A DNA stretch of 64,000 nucleotides from Eledone cirrhosa (lineage: Eukaryota), in assembly GCA_964016885.1 (NCBI GenBank), contig OZ024746.1:2046001-2110000 (forward strand), read 5' to 3'. Position 1 is the first letter of the stretch. Each line of letters opens with the position of its first letter. The translations under genes and the position numbers were made by a program. Positions 14,201-24,829 of the stretch are shown piece after piece. The notes beneath the pieces were generated by a model, which was not told where the DNA came from, did not search any database, and saw only the letters and a list, made by a program, of their open reading frames with translations.

Positions 14201-17200
14201 TTTCCATAAATTTGTTATGCCAGACATGGATGCTAACATGGCTTGAGGGTTAACCCTAACCTTTTTGGTAATTTCACTGGATCTGAGAGTAATTTGGTAG
14301 CTATGAACCAGGATACACTTTCTCTTGTGGTGTTACATTTTTATTAAAAGTCAGATATCAATAATACGTTTAGTATCTATTATCGAATGTGAATTAAATA
14401 TTAAAATAACATAAATCAAAATTTCGACAATATTTCTTTAACATGCATTGATGGATCTTAACTTTGATACAACAAACGACAGGGTTTGAGTTGTTTAGCA
14501 ATGTTTATCCAATTGTATTACATGCAGTCTTTAGTTCACAACTTGTTATACACCAGCATAACCACCTTTTCAGGCTCCACTATCACCCAAGGTACACATC
14601 ATACAATCTACCTTTCACTTACACAGCTAATACTTTTCTAAATATTTTCCACCCAGTTCACCAAAGTTTCTCCACTTAAGCCAGGAAAACATTAAAAATG
14701 GTTTATTTCACTGCTAACCACTCCGGCATATCAACCCTACTCCTGGCGACCCCCCACAACCAGTAAAAGGTGATGTGGAGTTCCATGGGAAGAATGTCGT
14801 AGAACAAGGGAGGTAACTATTGACAGTAATACGAGTCTCCAGGTGGTTACTCGACATGCTAGAAATAGCAACCCACATCAAATCTTAAAACAGCCATCGT
14901 TGGAGAAAGAAAAAGTGAAGATATGACGGCCGACAGTTGTACATGCTCCACTCATTATATATACACCTAATGACAGACATCAGACATGTCTTGGGTCTGG
15001 TTTCAACACATCTACAAACTGTCTAAACCCGGGCTACACTATTGGAAAAGATATAATCAGCCGACTAATCATATATTATGGTGTTTTTCCAGGAGTAAAT
15101 CTAATATTAACTAATATTCTGTAAAATAATAAAATAAATTATAAGTTTAGAACTAGGTGAGGGAGCCCAAAACTAATCTTAACGCAATTAATAGTTAATC
15201 AGACATATTCCCTCTTCGCCAGAAATCTATTGTTAATCGACAGCCAAATGACTTTCGTCAAAACGGACCGAGGAAACAACGTTTCCGTTAGTCTTTCTAG
15301 TTGCTAGTACTATCTATCGGTCGTAACTCCAGGTAGAAGGAGCAACGTGAAATAAAGTGTCTTGCTCAAGGACATAACACATCAGCCGGTCTCGGAATCG
15401 AACTCACGAATCCATTTCTCTAACCACTCAGCCATCATTGTTAAAGGTATACCGAAGTATAATGTTCGTCACAAATGGATATAGTTTCAGTATATTTTAT
15501 TATATCCGCTTCACCAGGGTAAATAACACTAAAATTGCTGTCTACTGAAATACGATCACAGGAAAAAAACATTCAAGGCCACAAAATATTAAGAAAAAAC
15601 TCAAAACACGACGACCAGAATGAAGTATTTTTAATAGAAAGATATATATACAATATTGTGGATGTAAATAACATTACATCCACAATTAAATACAATTTTT
15701 TTTTTAAATAAAAGATTCGATAATTATTAACTGAGGAAAAAAGCCCAAATAGCATCTGATTCCATCAAAGGTAAAACATTTATAGATTTCAGTGGCAAAT
15801 TATTTTTCTTCGGGTTTTGTTCATGTGCTATCAATTACCTCCGAATATACTGCAAAGGACTTTTGTCCCGGAATAGGGAGGTGGACCCCGACCCCAGGAG
15901 CTTTGTTTACCCCCTGGGAAGGGGACGGTGAAAAGTCCTTTGCGGCATATTGGTAAGTTTAATTGATATCACACGGAAAAATCAATTATTTCCAGCTGAA
16001 ATCGATGAAGGTATTCTTTAATATCCAAAATACACGAAATAATTATTTGAAATAAAGACATTAATAACGGAAAATCGGAATAACCATTAATGAAATATTG
16101 AATATATGAAATAACAGAATTGTAAAATCTTTTTCAAAACATTTATCAGAAAAAAAAAAGTTACGACTGGTTGGATATTGTGGGAAAGGAAATAAAAGTT
16201 GTTGGGGTTTCAGAATTGAGACGAAAGCATGGTTAATGGGAAACTGGGAGGGAAGAAATTACCATTTCTAAAATTGGAACGATGCCACAAGTTTTTAAGG
16301 AATGGAATTATAATGGACAGAATCAAGGTAGTAACAGGCAGAGTTTAGCGACCATCGCTTTTATTTTTACTAAACTCCGTAGAAAAAAAAAAAAAGGTTT
16401 AATCACTAATTTCGTAACTGAAAAATATATAGTAAAAATATATAGTAAGTACTCGATATGGTCGTCCGAACCACTAGAAATAGCAACCAAATCTCCCACC
16501 TTGGATGACACAGATAATTAGGTTTTGGAAAGCTCAGAAAAAAATATATTTGCTCAAAAATCGCCATCTCACACACCCGAATTAACTTTCTGTAACGCAT
16601 GAATAGATTTAAATAAAAAAAAACGTTGCTTCAAAAATCAAATTGGAAATTTTTTGACATTCAAAAATGAAATATAAATCGTAGAGAATATCTTGACAGT
16701 GCGTAAGATGCGTGACTCCATCACATTCATAACAAAGCTGTTGCTATATAAAACTATATTTTTTCTTTCTCTATATTAATAATCTATCTTCCCCACATGT
16801 TTAATGGTGTTAACTTTGCACTGCCATTTGTAAAAATTCATCTTTTTATAACCGTCACTCAGTGTAAAACAGAACTAAATGCTGCTCCCTGCACAATTGC
16901 CATATTAGGGGGGATTACTTCAGAGAGAAGCGGAAGAAACACGCCAACTTTTTCCATTAACAAAATAACTATACAAAACGTTCCTTGAAAAAAAAAACGA
17001 GTGAAAAACTGCAACTTTGAAGAGATTTTCAATCATATTTTAAATATATAACTAATTTTTCAGACAAAATACTTTTCAGTCATCATATTACGATCTAAAT
17101 AAGAACAAAAAACAAAAACAAACAAATCACCTGGTTGTAAAATACATATAAGTCACCCTTCAGAATATCTATGAAAATATATTCAAATAAAATTCATCTT

Positions 17201-18413
17201 TGAGTAAAATAAGCATTTAAGAAGCAAATTTTTTTTCTACCATCAGAAAAAAAGAAAATATGTAACATCAGTATTAATTTTTTTAATCAAAGAAAATTGT
17301 TTTAACATGGCTGCATATCAAGTAGCCATGTTAGCATATTTATAGATCTCCTTCATCGTAACATTTTCCTGAATAAGACGAAAAAACAACAAAACTAACC
17401 CTAGTTAACATTAAATAAACACAGTAAATAATTCAATAAGTCTAAGTTATTGAAACATTTTGTTACTATTTCAATAATATTAAAATTACAACAAAAAAAG
17501 CCAGCATTTAAAAAGATGCAGACAATATTTAAATATAAACCCCATAATTTATACGACGGAAAAAATAAGCTTTGAGAAGATTTATTCAGTGACGAAAATT
17601 TTTATTATATTTTTTCCACCCCAGTTAAGGTATTAATCAAATTATAAATAATAATTATAAAAATAGTGAAGTTTAAGTTGATAAAAATTAATCTAAGTAC
17701 ATGGAGAGATTTTCAAGTTTAGCGCGCTTATCTCCCATTTCTAGCTTTTATAGAAGAAAGTAATTTGGCGGCTCGCTCTACCTTTTAATACTACAAGACA
17801 AGATACGAAAGCAACACTTATTACTTCCAGAAAATAGTGATCTATCTTTATTCTACAAACCTCCCGTATAATACACAACTTCTTTTACCTACAAAACTAA
17901 TTAAGGGTAAATGAAAGAAAACATCTCTAGATCTTTTCCTAGTGTTTCTTTCTGAACAATGGCGCCCAACAGAAAAAAATTGTTCATTTTTAGAAGTTTT
18001 TCTAACAAAAAGGAAATTAATTTAGGATTTTCACTGAAAATGTGTTTTAAATATCTCACAAAATATGGAAGGAGGAAAGATTTTTAAAGATGATCTTACA
18101 TCAGAGATTTATGAAATTATTCCGGAAATAGTGATAAGTTTAAAATAATTGAGAAAACTAAGACAAATTATTATACGCCATCATATGCCTATTATTAAAC
18201 CCACATTTTTTTCATTGCATTTGGATTAACAGCATAATTCAGTTGTTTCTATGATTATATTTTGATAATCAAAAGTAAAAAAGGAAAGACAAAACAAGAG
18301 TAAGAAACTAAAAGAAAGAGGAACGATTAAAAATTAGTAACAAGTTAAAAAGTGATTAAGAAATATATATATACAGTATATATATATATATTTTTTTTTA
18401 AATGCTTACCCAT
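11075..18413 (-). CDS. HMGB: High mobility group box (HMGB-family) protein, 230 aa, six coding exons: 18413-18410, 13864-13716, 13618-13508, 12448-12310, 11468-11362, 11257-11075
   Basis: All introns are GT-AG with compatible phases (total 693 nt). Translation: MGRLPAAATKGRKQKKKVKDANRPKRSTSAYFYFMSHCR...ADFTKECSEKWK...DKARYVKEM...DPNKPKRPQSAYFLFLSDFR...AGEEWRNMTDEVKKPYEKK...YEVAVAEYKK followed by an E/D tail. Confidence 0.95.
11362..11468 (-). CDS. HMGB: HMGB exon 5, box B C-terminal half
   Basis: ttttag|(A)GEEWRNMTDEVKKPYEKKNREEKKKYEVAVAEYKK|gtaacg. Confidence 0.95.
12310..12448 (-). CDS. HMGB: HMGB exon 4, linker and box B N-terminal half
   Basis: ataaag|MTDYKQKNSGDPNKPKRPQSAYFLFLSDFRVKMNGKGIDHKEILRR|gtttgt. 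Confidence 0.95.
13508..13618 (-). CDS. HMGB: HMGB exon 3, box A C-terminal half
   Basis: attag|VADFTKECSEKWKGLTVPQKKPFDEKAAKDKARYVKE|gtaagc. Confidence 0.95.
13716..13864 (-). CDS. HMGB: HMGB exon 2, basic N-terminus and box A N-terminal half
   Basis: ttctag|(G)RLPAAATKGRKQKKKVKDANRPKRSTSAYFYFMSHCRAQAAKSGKTIPK|gtgagt. Confidence 0.93.
15765..16020. repeat. Imperfect fold-back (MITE-like) element in HMGB intron 1
   Basis: Nested inverted pairs: GATTTCAG..CTGAAATC, GTGCTATCAATTA..TAATTGATATCAC, and 15844-15864 with 15931-15951. Confidence 0.7.
18410..18413 (-). CDS. HMGB: HMGB exon 1 coding part (ATG G)
   Basis: caaacATGG|gtaagc: good Kozak context and donor; phase 1 joins exon 2 to give M-G-R. 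Confidence 0.8.
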
Positions 18414-18820
18414 GTTTGAATCGAATCGGTGTAATAAGAGACAGCACTAGAGAAGAAGCAGTCAATTTACTAGTAATGGTTACAATCGCTGCTCAGCTTT
18501 GAAGAGTTGCTTAGAACACTATAAACCATTCACGTGTGGAAGTACGGCAGAGGGGGGGAGGAAGAGATATTGGGCTTTTTGTTTGTTTTTATATCTTACT
18601 CTTTCTTTCTCTTGATATTCTTTCTTTCTTTCCTTTAATCTCTTTCTTTCTTTCTCTCTCACTTTCCTCCTACCCTCTCTTCACTTTTTCTCTATCCCTC
18701 CCTCTCTTCACTTTTTCTCTATCCCTCCCTCTCCCACTCCTCTATTTATATTTTTCCGACCTTTATTTTCTCTCTTTTAATCGCGCCCTCCCTCCTCCCT
18801 ATTGGGTTCGCGCAAACATT
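18414..18820 (-). promoter_or_regulatory. Probable HMGB 5' UTR and proximal promoter
   Basis: Locally CpG-containing; E-box CACGTG at 18531; purine/pyrimidine tracts; CCAAT next to an E2F-like GCGCGAA at about 18800-18816. Confidence 0.5.
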
Positions 18821-19272
18821 CTCTCTCACTTCATTACTCTCTCTCAATTAACATTCATCCCTCACTCCTTTCGTATCTACTCTCTATCAATCTTTATCGC
18901 CCTCTCTCTCTCACTTCATTACTCTCTCTCAATTAACATTCATCCCTCACTCCTTTCGTATCTACTCTCTATCAATCTTTATCTCCCTCTCTCTCTCAAT
19001 TAACATTCATCCCTCACTCCTTTCGTATCTACTCTCTATCAATCTTTATCTCCCTCTCTCTCACTTCATTACTTTCTCTCAAATAACATTCATCCCTTAC
19101 TCCTTTTGTGTCTACTCTATCAATCTCTATCTCTCTCTTCATTACTCTCTCTAAACTTACATTCATCCCTCACTCCTTTCGTATCTACTCTCTATCAATC
19201 TTTATCTCCCTCTCTCTGTTACTTCTTTACTCTCTCTCTCAACTAACGTTCATCCATCACTCCTTTAATGTA

Positions 19273-20258
19273 CGTGGTCGGGTCAATAATCTCTAATACT
19301 CGGTCGCTTTGAAAAATGAATCATCCAAAGAGTTCAAATATTCATTAACAAAACTTTTGAGTTCCTCTCCAGTTGCAAAGTGATTACCACTGAGCTCTTT
19401 CTTAAGCAGTCTGAAGAAAAAGAAGTCCGGACTATAAGGAGGGTGAACGAGTTGATGAAAGTCACATTTTTCAATGCATTCTTGTGCAAGTTTTGCTGTG
19501 TGAATAGGGGCATTGTCGATTAGAAGCCAAAGGGGCACATTAGGCGTCTTCCGCTTTTTCTCCTTACATTCAGTAACCAGTTTACTAAAATAAGAAGCAT
19601 TGCAGACCATGCCTTTATCCAGAAAATCAGTGCTAATAATTCCCTTCCTAGTCCAGAAAATTGAAAACATGAACTCACGTCCATGGCTGGTTCCGCTTCT
19701 CATTTTGATAGGAGGTTTTTCATCATATTTTCTCCACTCAGCTGAGGTTTTGCGACTACACAGCTTTCTGTACCCTAAATTAGATATCATAGATACAGCA
19801 GAGCCTTTGCTCACCTTTAGTAAACTTGCTAAGTCTTGAATTTTTATCCTCCTGTCGTCACGAATGAATTGTTCACATTGCACTGCTTTTTTGTCTGAAA
19901 TCTCCGTTGGTCTGCCACTTTTTGTATTATCGTCCTCAACACATGTACGACCATTTTTGAATTGCCGAAGCCAATAATATACTGTTGCCTTTGATGGACA
20001 ATCATTATTATATACTTTCATCAAATCCTTGAGACTTTCCTCGGGTGATTTTCCAAGTAGAAAATAGAATTTTATTACACTTCTGTATTCAACTGATGTC
20101 ATATTTTAATTTATGCGCCAACCAATGTAAACAAAATTATGACGTATTAAAACAAACTTTTCTTTACTAGTATTGAATGTATTTTCAAATAAAATTCGAT
20201 TGAATGTCCTAGCTTTTTCTTTTCATACCGAGTATTAGAGATTATTGACCCGACCACG
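19273..20258 (-). mobile_element. Mariner DNA transposon, 986 bp, internally deleted
   Basis: Perfect 32-bp TIRs CGTGGTCGGGTCAATAATCTCTAATACTCGGT with TA target-site duplication; a neighbouring repeat unit shows the empty site (aatgTAtactctct at about 20397). Confidence 0.95.
19293..20102 (-). CDS. Mariner transposase derivative, 269 aa, predicted catalytically dead
   Basis: HTH N-terminus, GRP, DNAPIH and HPPYSPD motifs are present; WVPxxL, the first catalytic Asp region and LAPSD are missing. Confidence 0.8.
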   Translation of the reverse strand: MTSVEYRSVIKFYFLLGKSPEESLKDLMKVYNNDCPSKATVYYWLRQFKNGRTCVEDDNTKSGRPTEISDKKAVQCEQFIRDDRRIKIQDLASLLKVSKGSAVSMISNLGYRKLCSRKTSAEWRKYDEKPPIKMRSGTSHGREFMFSIFWTRKGIISTDFLDKGMVCNASYFSKLVTECKEKKRKTPNVPLWLLIDNAPIHTAKLAQECIEKCDFHQLVHPPYSPDFFFFRLLKKELSGNHFATGEELKSFVNEYLNSLDDSFFKATEY

Positions 20259-22099
20259 TATACTCTCTCTTCATTACTCTCTGTAAACTTACATTCATCC
20301 CTCACTCCTTTCGTATCTACTCTCTATCAATCTTTATCTCCCTCTCTCTGTTACTTCTTTACTCTCTCTCAACTAACGTTTATCCATCACTCCTTTAATG
20401 TATACTCTCTATCTCACTCTCTCAACTAACATCCATCCCTCACTCATTTTGTCTTCTCTTTCTTTCTCACTCACTTCCCCCTCTCTCACTAACCCTTCCC
20501 TTCACCACAGATCGCCGACTTGCGATATTTTTCTCGCTATTTTTTTAATAACTTCACTTTCGCCTTCTCAACCAACGTGATTAGGATAAACAGTTAAGGA
20601 GGAAGAGAAAGAGCAGTAATAATTACATGGAGGTGGCGGGGGGAGATTGACGGCTGCGATGACATTTGTATGGAGGAGAACGAGATTTAAGCTTGAAAGA
20701 AAGTGAAGAATCATTTGAAAAATTATTATTATATGATATGCTAAAGATGTCGATAATCTCTTTTTCTTTTCTTCACATTCGTTGCTGTTAGTAAGTACAG
20801 CTGTGAAAAAAAATTAATAAATACCTGAACACAAACTATCTGATGAAAAACAGATAGCCCCTTAGGTGAAGATAAAAGGGAATGTGTGACGTTCATGCTT
20901 TTTCAACAGAATTAGATTTATAATGAAAATAAGCAACAAATACGAATTATTTTAAGTTCTATATCGACAACTTACCCGACAATAGAATGAATACAACAAA
21001 TATTTTTATGAGTCAGTTATTGACTTTAATGATGAAACCGAATTAAAATTAGTGTCAGTATATTAGGTTTATTTTAGCAAACTTCCCGGGATTTGAACTC
21101 AGAATTATTGTGGTCCATATCTAGATGGAGTAGAAGCAATTCTTGATGAGTTTGAATGGAAACCGATAAAGAAATCTGAATCTAGTTTCGATTTCCGATT
21201 AAAGCTAAATTCACTTTATGTCGCTAATAAACACCGAAAAGTAAAGATATAGAAACAACATTACTTTTTGGAGAGATATAATACTAGCTTTTTATTTTTG
21301 TATACAAAGATTATTTTTAGAGGAAAGGAAAAAAAAGTGTAATATTTATTCATTTCTTGTTCCCACCAAGAATTGAACTCAGTTTCTCTTCACTTGCCAA
21401 CTGAAAGAAAAAAACCTTCCAAATAAAAGCTAACAAAAATTTACTGTGAGCTTTCCCGCCACAGTTAAAGAGTTAATTGTTTGATTTCTGATGCAAAGAT
21501 TCAGATTGTTTTCCTTTACCTTTATCTTAAAACGAATCTTATTTTGCAGATATTTGATAAAAATTCAATAAAATCTTTGTATATGTATGTATAATATATA
21601 TAGGTGTGTATATATAAATACATGTGTGTACATACTATAAATTTTACATCCGTCTTTCAGATATTTAGTCTGTGTATGTATGTATAATCATACGTACAGG
21701 CACATATACGCAAGCACGTATATGTGTGTGTGTATATATATAAACATAGAATAACTTATACAAAGTTAACTATAGGCAGATTCCTAGTAGAGTAACCTAA
21801 AACAAGCCTACTCCAGCAATAATCTCGCCATTACTGCATTTTCCACTGATAAGACAATATTAGCCATTCCATTACATAAAATAAAATGAACCAACATTGA
21901 AGAACTCAGCTTTGTTAGAATACGTGCTTGCGTATATATGCCTGTGTGTGTATGTATGTATATATATATGTATATATATAATGTATATACAGAGAAACGG
22001 ATGTAAAATTTAAATATTTAAACATTTTACATCCGTCTTTCCGTGCTTACGTATATGTGTCTGTACATATATATATATGTGTGTATATGTATATGTACG

Positions 22100-22145
<46 letters not shown>

Positions 22146-22149
<4 letters not shown>

Positions 22150-22760
22150 GGGTCACTCTCGAGAACTACTGGTAACATGTAACCCGGTACAACCTGTCGC
22201 ATGGTCGGATCGTCGGCGACTAAACCGGCAGCCCCACCAAGTTTACTTGATGAGGAGGGTGATTTTGGACACCCTGCAGGACAAAGAACAAAACCTGACA
22301 AAGGGCGGAAGAACTCATAAGAGTCAACGGCTATCCAAAAGTGTGTAAATATGTATATACACATGTACATGTGTATGTGTATATACATGGGTGCATGTGT
22401 ATGTATATGCGCGGGACATAGAAAAAGTCGGGCTGGACACCCGATCGCATATATAACGACTGGGAGTAAAGGACCCCTAGTCTTTGTCAGGGCATTCTTC
22501 TAGAAGAAGGCAACTCAGGAAACTGGGATAACTCCGATATAAAACCTGCGGCTCAGTAGTTACCGATGATGTTGATCTTTTCTTCTATCCGGGTTATAGC
22601 TAATGTTGCTCAGAGAGTGGGATTGGCTCAGTGCACAGTCTTTCCTCACTTTAAAAAATATCTTCATGCACAGGCATTGCACGATAGAATTAATTGATAA
22701 TTATTAATAATGGTATATCGTGCAATGGCCATACCCGATAACGAGGGGGCAGCCATCATA
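22146..22760 (+). mobile_element. CpG-rich unclassified element within a (TA)n array, possibly a retroelement 5' UTR or non-autonomous element
   Basis: Sharp compositional island bounded by (TA)n on both sides; structured 5' end; hairpin at 22675-22727. Confidence 0.45.
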
Positions 22761-22795
22761 TATATATATATACAGACAGAAACATATACTCAACC

Positions 22796-22890
<95 letters not shown>

Positions 22891-23236
22891 CATACACATT
22901 ATTGTGTGCACGTATGTGTAATAGTAGATGTGGAACTTTTCAAAAAGCTCCATAAAGCACTCAATAGGTTTTGTAGAGTATATATATATATATCTATGTA
23001 ATGATAAAAGACTATCTGAAATTTGAAATAATCAACATACATATTTATGCGAGTATTTCAATTTATATGATGATCCAATTCGGTGATACTAAACAATTTT
23101 ATGCTATTTTATACTGCACTAACATTTTAGTTCGTCATGAGATCGCCTGCTTTCTCTTAAGATGAGTAACTAAACAACAATTGCTACTACTACTACTACT
23201 ACTACAAACATTACTATATAGGAACATTTTTTTGTT

Positions 23237-23272
<36 letters not shown>

Positions 23273-23316
23273 TCACAGTATAATGCTAATTCTTCGTTTG
23301 TGTAATATTTATTATA

Positions 23317-23890
23317 CAGGGTGACCACAAAAACACTCCTTGATTTCAAATACTTATAATATGAAAACTTAAATGAATATTCTTACAAAAGCGCATTTGA
23401 TTGTCTTGCAGGTGTAACTTTTGGACCAGTTGCAGCTTGTAAGGGACAAACCGCAAGCTTTTGCGTAAGATCTTGCTTACTGTACTTTGTGGGGCTTGTA
23501 ACTCCCGACTTCTTAGGGGCTGCGCAAAAGGTTTCTCTGACCCAATCGACACTGATGGACGGCCACAATGCCCCTTTCTCTGGTCACAGATCCATCCTTC
23601 CTCACTGAAATCATTGTACCACTTCAAAATGGACTTGTTAGTAGGTGGATCCACGTTATGTATGCACGCTGCACAGTTGTAAAACTGTTTGTTTTAGAAA
23701 ATTCCAACACACACCAGCTACGTTGTTGTGGACTGAATGCCATCTTGAATTACAATCGAGTCAATTCTGAAAATGAGGAAAGAAACTTTGTTAGTTTATG
23801 CAACTATAGCCACCAATATTGTAAAAATATTCATTTAAGTTTTGATATTATAAGTATTTAAAATCAAGGAGTGTTTCTGTGGTCACCCTG
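23317..23890 (-). mobile_element. Tc1/mariner-superfamily deletion derivative, 574 bp
   Basis: About 70-bp imperfect TIRs starting CAGGGTGACCACA, TA TSD; N-terminal transposase remnant MAFSPQQRSWCVLEF...PPTNKSILKWYNDF...GRPSVS...PYKLQLVQKL. Confidence 0.88.
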
Positions 23891-24829
23891 TATTTATTGT
23901 TTTCTATAATACTACAAAGTGGCAAGTATATCTGTGATTTAGAATGAGAAATATTACACAAAATAAAGTGTACTTGAAGAAAATCTTCAAGGGAAATGAA
24001 AAGGTATATATATATATACATATATAGATATATATAAAAGGTAAAGACCCCACCCACCCCTTCGGTCACGAATGACCATGGGACTTGCACCTAGAAATAT
24101 CCCCTCATGATCAAGGTTGTTTGTGAAGACCGGCAGTTACCCAGCTTCCCCTCTTCACATCACCGATGATGTCCAAAGGAAAGGCAATGGTTGATACAAC
24201 TCGGCACCAGTGATGTCTCAGCTGAGTAAACTGGAGCAACATGAAATAAAGTGTCTTGGTCAAGGACACAACGCATCACCTGGTAATCAAACTCACGATG
24301 GCTTAGTGGTTAGAGCGTTGAGCTTGTAATTGGGAGGTAGCAGAATGTTAGAAATGGCTCCAAGCCTTACATTATTTAGTTCCATTCAAAAGATTTTATT
24401 GGTTTGATCTTATACATCCAGAAATCGATAAACTAAGTTTATAATTATTGTTGTCAAACCCATGCTAGCGTGGAAGATAAACGTTAAACGATGATGTTAT
24501 ATATTTTGTAAACAAAACAACAGTTCATTAAATTATCGTAATGATTTTTAGTTTAGACACAAGACCAACAATTTTGAGTAGAAGGGGAAAGTCTATTATA
24601 TTGACCACAGTACTTTACTGCTACTTTATTTAATCAACCATAGAAGAATGAGAGGCAAAGCTGACCTCAGCAGGATTTGAACACAGAACATAAAGAATTG
24701 GAACAAAAACCACAAAACATTTCATTTATCACTCTAATGGTTCTAGGGGTTTTCCAGTGCTGAAACTTTGTATTTTATATAATAATAAAATTGTGTTTTC
24801 TACTTGATAATAAAAATTAAGTGATATAT

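Larger units (their letters stand above)
18820..20445. repeat. CT-rich minisatellite (about 70-75 bp unit), interrupted by a mariner
   Basis: Repeated TTCATTACTCTCTCTCAATTAACATTCATCCCTCACTCCTTTCGTATCTACTCTCTATCAATCTTTATC on both sides of 19273-20258. Confidence 0.85.

Noticed and set aside
13974-14207. 77-aa ATG ORF in HMGB intron 1 as an alternative first exon
   Set aside because: Ends in a stop, no recognisable homology, and no convincing donor linking it to exon 2
18536-19296. Hydrophobic 155-aa and 62-aa ORFs
   Set aside because: Translation of CT-rich promoter and minisatellite sequence
22043-23001. YI-repeat ORFs
   Set aside because: (TA)n microsatellite artefacts
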